Assembly (NCBI GenBank): GCA_030704615.1
Contig: CM060731.1
Span: 66,526,001 to 66,590,000 of the forward strand
From: Takakia lepidozioides
Lineage: Eukaryota > Plantae > Bryophyta
Direction of reading: 5' to 3'
Length of the DNA: 64,000 bases
Below the pieces are notes generated by a model that worked only from the letters and a program-made list of their open reading frames with translations, was not told the DNA's origin and did not search any database. The position numbers and the translations under genes were made by a program. Each line of letters begins with the position of its first letter. The stretch's first letter is position 1. Shown in pieces: positions 14,875 through 27,389 of this stretch.

Positions 14875-14920
14875 CTAGGGTTTAGGGTTTAGGGTCTAGG
14901 GTCTAGGGTTTAGGGTTTAG
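14875..14920 (+). repeat. Interstitial telomeric repeat (TTTAGGG/TCTAGGG, about 6 units)
   Basis: ctagggtttagggtttagggtctagggtctagggtttagggtttag. Confidence 0.85.
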
Positions 14921-14925
14921 AACCC

Positions 14926-15105
14926 GTCAGTAGCTCAGTTGGTAAAGTGCACTGAGTGCCATCCGGATGACCCTGGGGTCAAATCCGGGTGTGGTATGCT
15001 CTTCTCCCCCTTCTCTACACAGTGTCGCATCGGAAAGCCTTATGGCGAGGTCACTCGGAAAGCCCTACGGCGAGGTTACTGAGAGGTTACTTTCTTCTCT
15101 CTCTC
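14926..15105 (+). mobile_element. tRNA-derived SINE
   Basis: A box TAGCTCAGTTGG and B-box-like GGTCAAATCC. There is no proper acceptor stem, and the tail has a duplicated CGGAAAGCCYTAYGGCGAGGT followed by a (TC)n end. Confidence 0.65.
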
Positions 15106-15233
15106 TATCAAGGGGCTGATTTGTGAGCTGTCGCTCCCAAGTGTTTCCCTTTGAATTTATATATATATATATATATATATATACCCTGGTCCATACTACT
15201 GTATGTACGTATGTACCATACCCATCTGGTATT

Positions 15234-15477
15234 GGGATGGACTGAATTGATATTGGTACCAGTATTGCTGCTATGTGAGCCTCCAAAGGGCACAATATGG
15301 GTATATGTGGAGTTAGGGCAAAGGAAATTCATGGGCATTTATGGCATTTATGGCAGCTTTGGGATGGACTGAATTGATATTGGTACCACTATTGTTGCTA
15401 TGTGAGCCTCCAAAGGCACTAGAGGCGTATATGTGGAGTTAGGGCAAAGGAATTCATGGGCATTTATGGCAGCTTTT
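15234..15477. repeat. Tandem duplication of about 120-127 bp
   Basis: GGGATGGACTGAATTGATATTGGTACC...GGCATTTATGGCAGCTTT occurs at 15234 and 15361. Confidence 0.85.
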
Positions 15478-15487
15478 TGATACTCAA

Positions 15488-16418
15488 CTAGGGTAGCCTC
15501 TGCGTTGGCCCAAGTATCTGTCATCTAAGTCAAGTGCATCAATATATGAAGCACGCCATATCCGATCATTTTTTTTCCATAGAGCCTATGACCAGATTTG
15601 AACCGGAGATCTTTCCCTTGATATCTCCAAGTGCAATCCCCTATGTATCCAAGTGTGTCTCCTATGTGGAGGCCCAAATGCGACCTCTAGGGTAGCTTGT
15701 GCCGTCGGCCCAAATGCCCGGTGTCATCTAAGCCCAAGTGCAAGATCTCATATGTATCCTAGTGCGTCTCCTCAATGAGGCCCAAGTGCGACCTCTAGGG
15801 TAGCATGTGCCGTTGGCCCAAGTGTCCACTGTCATCTAAGTCTAATGCCATATCTAATCTTTTCTTTTCCACATAGCCTATGACCAGATTTGATCCGGAG
15901 ACCTCTCCCTTGTTGTCTCTCCCGTCAAGGCTCCAACCATTTTTCCAAGATTGCCCACTTTGCTATTTTTCCCGAATTTCCAACGGCCCAATGTCATCTA
16001 AGTAAGTTTTTTTTCCACAGAGCCTACGACCAGATTTGAACCGGAGACCTTTTCCTTGATATCTCTCTCGTCAAGGTTTCAACCATTTTCGAGGAATGCC
16101 CACTTTGCCATTTTTTTATTTTTTGCAAATTTCCAGCGACCAAAAGGCCAAATCTGCCACATGACAGGCCAATCATTGCTCTAGGAAAGCCCACTTTGCT
16201 ATTTTTCTCGAATTTCCAACGACCCAAAGCACTTGGAATTCCAAATCTCCCACACCGCTGGTCCAAAAATCATGAGACCAAGCCAGTGCACCCCTCCTCA
16301 CCGAGGGCTTTCCAACGGCACCAAGCACCGGGGTTGGGCCCTGCGGTTTGGGAGATCTCAACGACGCTACAAAACAAAACAAAACAAAACAAAACAAACG
16401 TCTTGCTTCATATATTGA
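15488..16418 (-). mobile_element. Non-autonomous Helitron-like element, copy 1, with internally duplicated 3' ends
   Basis: On the minus strand A|TCAATATATGAAGC...GCTACCCTAG|T; homologous to 60251-60635. Confidence 0.65.
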
Positions 16419-17516
16419 TGTGCAATGTGCAAAAATACAGGTATGGTAGGTATATTTTTGTATGTGTGCGTTGTGTTGTAATTGTGATCCATCAGTTCTT
16501 TTTTTCAGGTTTTTGAATATTTTCTTGAATATACTGAATATTCCATATACCTACCCGGGCAATACTCATGTTCCCCCATATGAGATGGAACAAAACAAAT
16601 ATATTGATACCCTATTGATATACATCCACAATTGTACATTATTGATACCCATCCTATACCCTACCCGGCCCCTTACCCCAATACCAGGACCGTACCAATC
16701 TTGGGAAATGTTGGCCCTTGCAATACCAGGACCACCATGGTATCATATTTTTTTGATACCAGTCCAACACTGGTATATTCTCAATTTGAGAGAGAGAGAA
16801 GTCCGGCCAAAGAGCCACTTCACCTTGCGGCTACCAACGACATAACTAGGAGCCACTTCCCCTTACTCTTGCAACTACTATGTCGGAATGATTCATGTCA
16901 AGACGTCAAGACATCTTCATTTGTGATATTTGGTCCCACCATTCTTGTCTCAAAGTTCCAAATACCTTGAGAAGCTCATTCATAAAGTCATCCCTAAGTC
17001 CAAATTTCAAATTAAATAATATACATATTACTACAATATATTCTATCTAATGAATTCCTTGAGCAAGAAGGCAATGTTATATTGTGACTAGTGGCTTGAT
17101 TTTATTTATTTTTAACATAAGAAGTCTAACAACGACAGCTCAAAAATTAAGGCCTTCTACAAAGGAGGGGAAAAATAAACCTCCTTTCACATAAGCCATG
17201 AACCACATAGCAAACAACATCTCCAAACTGACCGGCCACAAAACCCCACCACACAAGACAAGGTAGCAGGAATTGAGCTCTAGACCACTGGGTGAAACGC
17301 AGGGCACTATCCAACTCAGCCATGACTTCAAAATGTTCACATGAGGCCATCCGCCCAGTTCTGTCCCGTTAGGAAACTCACAACGACAGTGAGCATAAAT
17401 GAGTATTCCACATGTTTTGAGCATATGTCAAAAATACGATGGGAAAATGAAATTGTACTCACACAAAAAATGTTAGAAAAATATTTCTAATAATCCTATT
17501 ATTGTAAATGAGTTAA

Positions 17517-18352
17517 CCCGTAAAGGACGATGCGACCCATTTAGGGTCGCGTTGTTTTTTCACTTGGCTATAACATGGTCACAATGGTATCTGATGGAGG
17601 TGGCCCCAAAGCAAAGTTATAGCTTACACTGGCAGCTATTGAATGCACCAAATCCCTTGCCCATTTGGATTACTAGAACGTCACCTAGAATTTTGGACAT
17701 GTGTGAAAAGTGCATATTGGAATTCAAGTTTTGAGGGTGTTGACTGCATGATGTGACCAATGAACGCATAGGGCCAAGACACATGGAAATTCACTCTATG
17801 CTACATCTCGTCAGCCACACTTGGAAATTTCAAGTGTGAATTAGTGGATTTTCTTTGTATTCTTACCTGACATCTACTCACCGTCGAAAATTTTCTTTTC
17901 ATTCAAAAATTTTGCTGCCCATTGCATTCAAGCAAAAGTCTTGTTCTTTTAATCCATGGATCCCCCTAAGCAGTTGCATACAAAGGGGCATTAATGAAAA
18001 TAGGTCATTACATGCTAAAATTTGGACGCAATATCCTGCACTTGGTAGGCAACAATTGATCAAAAGTTGGAGGGAACCCACAACTAGAACATGGAGAAAA
18101 TTGGTGGTCAAACCAAGTTTTTCCATGAGTTTTTGTATGAGCCTAGAAATGGGTGGTCACTCTCAGAGTATAATCTGCTCATTCCAATAGTGGAATGACC
18201 TAAGAATTTTTCACCACCTGTATGATGAAGTTACTGATAACATTGTATGGTTCATCCACATGGATGAACTTTGACAACAACATACATCCACTTTTGTCAG
18301 GCCATGTCAAGTTTTTCTCAAAAATCATAAAAAAACTCTCGTCCTATAGGGG
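17517..18352. mobile_element. piggyBac-like non-autonomous element
   Basis: TTAA|CCCGTAAAGGACGA ... TCGTCCTATAGGGG|TTAA: TTAA on both sides and a 14-bp TIR (12/14) starting CCC. Confidence 0.7.
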
Positions 18353-21300
18353 TTAATGTAAGCACAGTTCACCACTCCATACCAACCCCCGGTTTCAGCA
18401 TCATATTTGGATAAAGTTTTTTTGTTTATGAAACCTACATATAAATTGAATGTATTTGTAAAGTATAGCAATGTCCTACAGTTTCTTGAAACTTTTTTCA
18501 TAATAATGTGTTCTTTTCAAGATTTTTGGTGATACTAGAGTTTGTTTTGTCGGCCAATCTTATGTGGGCACTAGCAATTGTAAAGTTTCGCAATACCCTA
18601 TAGTTCCCCTGGCTTTGTGGATAATATTACATATAAATATTTTTGGCGAAGTGCCATATTATTTCGTCAGCGATACTACCTATTTGGAGATCTAATGTAT
18701 TTATAGATTTTGGCAAAACCAAAGATGATTTCAACTCATTAAAACCTATTTTGTTTATCAAAAAAATTATTTTGGTGTTTATATTTTTTTCTTCCAGGGG
18801 TAGACACCCTGGAATCAAATGAATTATGATGATATTATACATATTTTTTATAATGAAAATAATAAATTAAATTAATAACTGAACCTATTTACACCTATAG
18901 ACTCTAGACCTTAGTAATGTTGTGGAGTATAACCTATTACTGTGGATTGTGCTAACCGGAGTGTGTTCACGATACCAACTTTCATCTCCCCTACCTTTTA
19001 CCTATAGCAAGTTGTCACAAATTGTGTACTCCAAAGTTTTTTGTTTTCTTTAATAACGAATAGTTTTGACGAAATCAAGCCTCAATATGCTAGATAATGC
19101 ATTATGCATTTTAGAGTGAGAATTGAAAGACCTCAAATGGATTCTTATATATGTATAATATTATAGAAATCTATTATAGTTGATAATTTATATGTCTCAA
19201 AATTATTTACAATATGGTCAAAAGGTCACAACATTTTATTTTCCCTTAGACTAACTTTAATTATGCTCAAGGTCATGAGCAATGTCGGGTGATTCTTTGA
19301 TTTCACAGGCTCCGGATCCATATGTCCACTTCACTAGCGATGGTCACAACAACAAATGACTAAGAAATTCTTACAAACTACAATAGACGATGATATTTAC
19401 CACTGCCAACCCCCGATAGTCATGGTTTTCGTGACTTTGACCATGACTTCGCTATATTGATAGACCAAATAAAACCATATGTGGTCATTCGTAGGACTAC
19501 ATGATTATAAAGTCATAGAAGAGACTTCTTGGAGGAATGTTTGTAGCATTACATGACTCTATTATAGACAGAAGACTAGTCAACAATGGTTGACCATCTC
19601 TAGCTCACCGTTAATAGTAAGATGAACGAACGTACACATAATATCTTACCAGGGACTCAACGATAAATGTGATTAATTGATGAGTTAAGGTTGGAACGTT
19701 TGAACGGTTATTTATTCAAATAACATCCCATTAAACTAATACGAATGTCAGATAAGAACGAGTGGATCATGAAATACATATTTTTAAGCTTGACAGACAT
19801 ATGTACAAACATATCTCACACATTTTTGGGTTCCAACTATTTGAGTTGGCTCCATAACCAAAATGTAAGAACATAAACTGGCATAAGTCAATGACATAAA
19901 TAAACATGACGGTTAATATTTTAAATCGTCATATTGGTATATATCCAATGGTATATGATTAAAGACAATGTATGCAGTACGCACGTCACTAAATTTGCCC
20001 AAGTCTTGAAACTCTCGTAGATCACATATAACGATAATTCCATTTTCTGCTGTTAGAAAAAAAAAAAAAAAAAAAAAAAAACCAACTTATTTTATTCATG
20101 TTATAAATTTAATGTACATAAATCATATTAAAACAGATCATGATAAAATTAATTATGATAACAAAATACCATAGGACATACATGTCTTGATGATTGGGCC
20201 AAACGCTGGACATGCAAAAACAAAGCAACGAAAAAAATGTCCTCTATTGCCTTAAATTTAAACTTGATCAATTATATTTTCTTTTGTTTATTTAGCTATC
20301 TATGTATATGATTTTAAAACTGCAAAATAATTATTGATTTTCACTTAAATTATAAATGTTTTTGAAAAATGAAACTTGGGCGGCCCAAGATATTGTCCTT
20401 GTAGAGGATGGGTTTTTTCTTTTTTCTCTTTTATGGACCATGCATGTATTAGGGTTATTGAACCCCAGACCCAAAATTAAGCTAAGAAACAATATCACGC
20501 ACAACAAAAGAGCAAAACTTGAATTCTGAACCTGTGGCAGGGTGACATATCTATAATAATTTGAAAATTATCATTAAGGTGTGAAGGGTAGTTAGCCTCG
20601 TTTTGATGAAGTCTTTTTTGGGGGAGAGAGATCCACTCGACGTGACATTCCTTGCAGTAGCTTAACATCGCTTTATTATGTATAGGTGAGCTTATTATTT
20701 GCAATCGTTTTTAGCATCGGGGTTACAAGTACACAGAGCAAAACATATTTTTTGCCTCTTTCTCACTCACATGTTAGGATGGCAACGTCTTCCCCGCTGC
20801 AGCACATGCCCACATAAGGTCATATCCTCTCACCGTCATGCATTGGATTAAAGGGCGGATTAAAGGGCTGGGCTACGGAGTTGAAAGCGTTATCCCCTTG
20901 GCAATGGACAAAGGACGAAGTTCCCTGCATATGTACGTGGCTATGGCACCTTCAGGAATTCCAATCAAACTAGGTAATAACAAAGAACATTTCGTCGTTT
21001 TTGAAGTATGGGGAACGATTCAGCATGAACCAGTGTGTGAGAAGTAGGGTTGGTACTGTGTTTGTATAAACGAATCTAGGTTGTGATCATTATTGTTAAG
21101 AGCAAGACTATGATCTATGCATCCAAGATGATCGGATTTCAAGCACAAGACGTGTATTGATAGATACATGAAGTCTGCATAGGTAGATGACCAACTAGAA
21201 GTAGTAGCGGCAACAACATAGTTGATAAAATGAGGTACCTTGACCATGACTATAGCTTCTTTAAGAGGATCAAGAGAATGAGTCACAATGTTTCTTCTGG

Positions 21301-22539
21301 CACTTATGGGCATTTGAGAAAGCTATGTGAGATGGAAAAGGCTATGTATATTCACTTATGTATGACTCTTGCATAAGGTGTTGAGTATTTCAGTCAAAGA
21401 AGATTAACGACATCTGTAATTGTCACTTTCTTGACTACTCAAGAATGTAGAAGGACAGATCAATAGCTCCACTGAGTATGTGAAGTAGGCTAATTTACTG
21501 GACCTCTCCGCCAGTCGCCAGTAGTTAATCATGAAATGAGTTGTGCCTCCCCGCTCTCCTAGACTTAGGATTAGTATATTATGTATTGTTTAATCAAACA
21601 GACTTCGGACATCCCAATTCTCCTTCACGATCCTCTACATGGTATCAGAGCATGTTCCCACGGGGAGAGCAGCATGTCGGAGAGTTCGAAACTGGGAGTC
21701 CAATTACAACACGTGGAAATTTCATGTATCCAGTTTGCTACAGGGAGATTGCAATCTGGGTCAGGGATCCACTCTATGGTCCTGCAACCATCTTTAAAAG
21801 GCTTCAGAGTGAGAGGCCATAGAATATTTGAGGCAGTTGTAGCTCTTGTGAACATTGTTTGATTCCGAGGATTCTGTCCGACTTTGTGATAGTGGAATGA
21901 AAGTAAGGCCCTAATTTGTTTTGTCACCATAACAATTTGGTAGGCTAAAATTTGTTGCATTGCCTTCCTCGGTACTTTCTAGCCTGATGAGGCATTTGGG
22001 CATTGTCCCTTTTCTGTATGCCTATCAGGAACATTTTGAGATCAGTTTTCCTCGTTTTAATTTGATGAAATGGGCCTCCGAACCTTTTTTATATTATATA
22101 AATAAATTACACGTAGGAATCATAGCTTACATAGGTGTATAGAATTCCACAGTCCATTATTCCATATGGCCTTTATACATGAAACCACGTGTAAATTAGA
22201 TACGTAGTATCTTTGTGTGGAATAGTTGACACCTAATTATGTTAAATGACAAACATTGGTGTAGGATAACCCACATAAAACATTGTACACTACTGTTTAT
22301 TAACATACGCATATTAATTTGCCAATGAAGAGTATTCTACAACAATGTGAATTATCACATGTAAGTTATTCCACACTAGTGTACAGTAATCCACACGCAA
22401 GGAACCTCACACGTGGCACTTGTCATAAATACATCACACATGTCATCCGCGTGCACCCAAATTAATTTCTCTTTACTTTTATGAACCTACGTGGCATAAA
22501 AGCTGACTGACATGTGTCTGGCACGTTATCAAGCAGCGT

Positions 22540-22816
22540 GTCAGATAAGCCGTCAAAAAATTCAGTTGAAACGGATGTAAGAAAAGTCAATCAAAACGAA
22601 TGTAAAAAAAACCATGTTAAAAAGGTCAGCTAGTATGGGCACCACCTCAGGGTGTAGTCGGGTGTAAGATGGTTTTTTTTGACACGATCACCAAAACTCA
22701 TAGGGTGGCGGAATCGAAATGGTGTACCTCACACCCGCGGGGGGTGTCAGCAGGGTTTTTCTTACACCTCCAGGTGTAAGAAAAGGTGTTAAAAAAACCC
22801 AAGTTCTCTTGTAGTG
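22540..22816. mobile_element. Right terminus of a CACTA (En/Spm)-like element; left end not identified
   Basis: Ends TCTTGTAGTG, with repeated (G)GTGTAAGA(AAA) subterminal motifs in both orientations. Confidence 0.5.
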
Positions 22817-22934
22817 AGCTCATAGATGTAGTTGAGCCAAATACCGATGAAATCCTTATAAAGATACTAGCCCTGCTCTAGACAAAACCACCTCTGTCGC
22901 AGACCACAAGAGGGGGAGATGAGAGGAGACGAAT

Positions 22935-23680
22935 GTGCCAGATTAAGGTGGCGTTGATGCCACCTTGACGCCACCTTAATCTGGCTGGTCTTCTGGGCTG
23001 GAATTAAGCTACAACAGGGGCTGGAAATTACCTTAATGCCGAGCCTGTTTCCTCTACGAACATGGCTGCTCGCCAAGGCTTTTATTTAGTTTTTATTATT
23101 TTATTTTATTTTGGGGTGAATTGTCATGTTCCAACAAGGGCTGGGAATTAAGGTGTCGTTGATGACACCTTAATCTGGCACATTGGGGGGGGGGGGAAAT
23201 AAAAATAAAAATAAAAATCCCTTCTGCATGTGTCAAATTAAGGTGTCGTCAATGACACCTTAATTCCCAGCCCCTGTTGGAACATGACAATTCACCTGCC
23301 ACCTTAATCTGGTTGGTCTTCTTTGCTGGATTAGGCTCTAATAGGGGCTGATTTTTATTTTATTTATTTTTTCCCCTTCCGAATGTGCGAGATTAAGGTA
23401 TCGTCAACGACACCTTAATTCCCAGCTCCTGTTGGAACATGACAATTCATCTGCCACCTTAATCTGGTTGGTCTTCTAGGCTCGAAGTAAGCTCTAAAAT
23501 GGGCTGGGAATTAAGGTGGCATTGATGCCACCTTAATGCCGAAACCTGTTTCCCTCTACGAACATGGCTCCTCGCCAAGGCTTCAATCTCATTTTTATTT
23601 TTATTTTTGGTTTTTGGGGTGAATTGTCATGTTCCTTGTGAGGGCTGCAAATGACGCCACCTTAATGCCCAGCCTGTTTT
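22935..23680. repeat. Array of palindromic units ATTAAGGTGKCRTYRAYGMCACCTTAAT
   Basis: About 6 full palindromes plus half sites, embedded in longer direct and inverted repeats (GGGGCTGGGAATT, GAACATGACAATTCA). Confidence 0.8.
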
Positions 23681-24289
23681 CCAATGGTAGAACATGGCTG
23701 TTCGCTTAGGTTTTGTTTTAATTGGTTTTTGGGTTGGATTCCCATGTGCCATTTGAATTAGGGTTACCGTTCTGGGTTTCTGGCTTCCGTTTCTGCTTTG
23801 GGGTTCGAGGTTTGGGGTTGCGGGTTGCGGGTTGTGGGCATAGGTTTTCGGTTTATGGTTCTCCATGGGGGTTTGAAATTTGGGTTGCGGGATCAGTGTT
23901 TGTAGTTACGGTTTCCCCGTGTTTCCCCGGGTATAGAATTTGGCGTCAATGCCGTGTTTGTTGTACAATCAATTTTATTTCAGTCCATGCATCCTCCACT
24001 CTTCAGGACTCACGTTCATCCCCAATTCATCCATCATTCATTCATCATCCATACATCACCTTCTTTCATTCATCCATGCCTCTTTCATCCGTCCATTTTT
24101 ATGACATATTCATCCCACATTGCATGCATGGAGCACGACATGGAATGCTCCATGGCCGCCTACGTGAATTTGCATTCAGAACAGTTTGCGTCCACGCATT
24201 AGGTGCTCACGCTTAAGGTTCTGCTCACGCTTAAGGGATTCTGCTCACGATTAGTGTGCAAATCGTGAGCGTGCTCACGTGAGCTGCTC

Positions 24290-26062
24290 ACATGGTAGCT
24301 ACCCTCCCAAAAGACAATCCTGTCATCCAATTCTTTCTGGAAGTCTTCACTTGCAGCCGCAGATGACACCCACCAAGCCCTGATCGTCGCGTATCTGCTA
24401 TCAGTCTCAGCCAGAGTTTTGGCGTTCTTGTACAGATGACAGAGCTTCTTATGTTGCGCTTGCAGAGCAGGTCGTATGCACCTCTTTGTGTGCTTCTCCA
24501 AAGATTGCGTCCAGTGAAAAAGACAAGTCCGCTCCCTGTTGGCCATAGGCACCTATGAACCCCGCGAAATTTGTGTCCGCAACACCATTGGCTCTCATGA
24601 CAGATTTCAAGCAATTCCACATTATCATTTGAGACTCTTTGTCCTCAGACTGCATGTCACATATGGTAGTGGACATGAGGCGCTGATAAACTGGAATCGT
24701 AAAACTGGCATGCCATGGTCGTCCAATTCTTTACTCGTTTGCAGTGGTCAAACATCAACCATGCCTTCGCCAAATCTCCACCAGGCTGCATGCGCTCGAC
24801 AAGGGTGACACCGCTCCCCTGACCAATTGTAGACATTTTGAACAAGTATACTTTGCTCGATCCTTGTCTTGGGAATACACTATCCTGAATGAAGTCGTAC
24901 CGACTTCGACGTTTCAGGTCGAGAATGTTGTCCATGCAACCTCTGTTACCCAGACCCAGTCTCAACGCATTCACCTGGTTCTGGATATTTGGAGAGCTAA
25001 GAATGGAGAAGTGGTCCATCACTGCTTCAAGCGAACTCCCCTCCACTTTCACACAGGACTGCTCATCCCCAGCCAGGATGTGCTTGACAAGAAATGTTTT
25101 GCTGGCGGCAAGCGCAATCGCAGACGGTTTTTGCAGACGGAGTGTTATAGAATTCCTCCTTGAGAAGGGCCTTTGAAACGTCGATGTTTTCTCTACATTC
25201 CCCTTTCGACAGTGGATGCTCATGACTACCAATATGTATGTAGGCACAGGTCATCGTCTTGCAGCGGTGTGTCACATAATACATACGGACAGGGCACAGT
25301 GCCACACAGGATGGGACCACCTTGCAATACATGCAGACGAAGGTGTTGTTGATTGGAGAGGCACGACCTGGCATGAAAGGATTGTCCGCAATACCCTCCC
25401 ACTCAGTCTCATTTGAAGAGCTTTGGCCATGCCTCCCTGGGCAATTGTTCAAACATAACATCCCTATTGAAGGCCCCGGGAAGATATCGAACTCGCTGGA
25501 TTGGGAAATTATCCCAATCAATTAGCCGCAGCTCACTTTTCCTCCCACCAATGCCATAGAGAACTTTGAGTTTCGGAATGACACTTCTGATCTCCTCAAC
25601 GTCAGAGTCCCTTCCAAGAGCAGGTGCAGGGCCACCATGAATCTCCGACACGTCATCCTCCAAGGAATCGGACAACGTCACAAACGTCATGGAGGGTGTA
25701 GCCTCGTCCTTGACGACCACAAACCTTCGATCAAGAACAACAGAAGCCGCAATGCCAGGTGTGACCATGGAGGCACCGGTCTCTTTTCTTTGAGCCCCAT
25801 GCACCCGGTATCTACCGGCACAAACTTTCCATTCCTTACATGCTCCCAATTTAGTCGGAAGGCGAAGGTGAGTCCGGGCTATACCACCGTTAGCATTATA
25901 AATCTCTTCCCGAACATTGCATGTGCCGATTTCAAATTTGAATTGTGATGCGAGAACATCTTCCCCAACCACAATGAAGCCCTCGTCGTCCACGGTCGTA
26001 CTCAAAGGAACACAGTGCTGGTCCGCATAGAAACAAGCTTCAGAATCCAAGGAGGAGACCAT
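24290..26062 (-). pseudogene. Frameshifted Mutator-like (MULE) DDE transposase with a GCM/WRKY-like Zn domain
   Basis: Pieces in several frames: C..C..CxxC..C..HIGSHEHP domain; KVYLFKMS..WLMFDHCKRVKNWTTMAC; CDMQSED..NFAGF; RERTCLFHW (CxxH). Family assignment is from motif recognition only. Confidence 0.6.
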
Positions 26063-27389
26063 TCATTTCTTGGAGGGACGAAGTGGTAACACACCACTAT
26101 TCGAAGAACAGGAAGTGGCTCAATGACACACTACGCACGGTGCTTGTGTCTTGTCTCACAATAGTCGACCCCCCAAGCTTGTTGAATTTCATTACAAGCG
26201 TGTTCAGCAGAGTTCATCCGGCCACATCCACTTCCAAATCAAACTAAGAGGAAACCATGGAGAACAAGTCTATGATCCATGAAACTTTGCATCGACCATC
26301 AAAACATGGATTACGCCATGGCGCCCAAATTCAATTGATCGTTGCCGGTGCATTTACTCAAGTCCTCCCAACCATATCGAGAGCCTCGTACGAAATGTGG
26401 CGTGGCTTGCATGTCTTACAGCCACTGTCAAACACTGCATGGAATGATTTTGGACACGTGCAATTTATTTCGCTCAAACAACCAAGGATGTGGACGAATA
26501 GTATCGACACGCAACATTAATTAGGGGCGGCCATGGGAACCCAACGAAGCCATTGGATTCTGAGTTTGAAGGCCGATGTCGTTTCCCATTCATTGTCCGC
26601 CCTGTAAAATAAAATAAAAAGACTTCGAATTTCAAGTGTATCCTGGGAATGGTTTTATGGAGGCGGCCTCCTTACTTTTGTCACATCGTCACCACCCACA
26701 CCCCAATGCATGAATAGTCCTCGAAGTACGCCCCCGCCGCTGGCATCGATAATTGCACTGCTACCCTTCCAAATGCTTCTGGAAAAACAGTGGGACAGAT
26801 GAACGGACTTTCGCCTTGTGGATGGCTCAACACATATCCGCTCATGACCCCATTCATTTGCCAATAGTTTGCATACCAAGTGAAACTGTTGTTTGCAAAC
26901 CGTCAAACTGGAGAGCTCGAGAGGCAGTGAGGGGAGTGTCTATTTTCAGAGGAAAAAGAGAAGGAAGTCATTGTACTTCACAAGCAGCAAGGCTAGGAAG
27001 AGAGCACAAGAGAGGATGAGACTGCAAACCATAACAAAGAGGGCAAGGAGGAAGAAGAGATGATGGAGGAAAGACATGGCATTGAGGATAGATTGGTAGT
27101 GCAGGAAAACGATCTTCAAGAAGACGAACAACCGTCTATCATGCGTAGAAAGGGTGAAGAAGAGACATCATCGGAGGGCGACTCGGACCCCGAAGACAAC
27201 AGTGATGCTCACCTCATGCAGAAGCACATTTTTGACATGAGGATGGAAAAGAGGTTGCATCAAATGGTCGGCGTTGAAAGCGCAGCCAAGCGGAAAGTAG
27301 CTCTGACGATTGAAGAGACTTCACCACCAGCACAAAGGAAGGTAGAAGTGTTATTGTATTTCTGTTTTTCTTCTTGCGATAAGTTGTGC

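Larger units (their letters stand above)
14304..16772. mobile_element. Non-autonomous hAT element carrying several nested insertions
   Basis: TIR CAGTGTTGGAC / GTCCAACACTG; perfect 8-bp TSD GTATATTC (14296-14303 and 16773-16780). Confidence 0.85.

Noticed and set aside
14926-15000. Functional tRNA gene
   Set aside because: A and B boxes are present, but there is no pairing acceptor stem or T-run terminator, and it continues into a SINE-like tail.
18600-22500. CACTA transposase gene or host gene
   Set aside because: The region is AT-rich with only short ORFs, and I recognised no motifs or left terminus.
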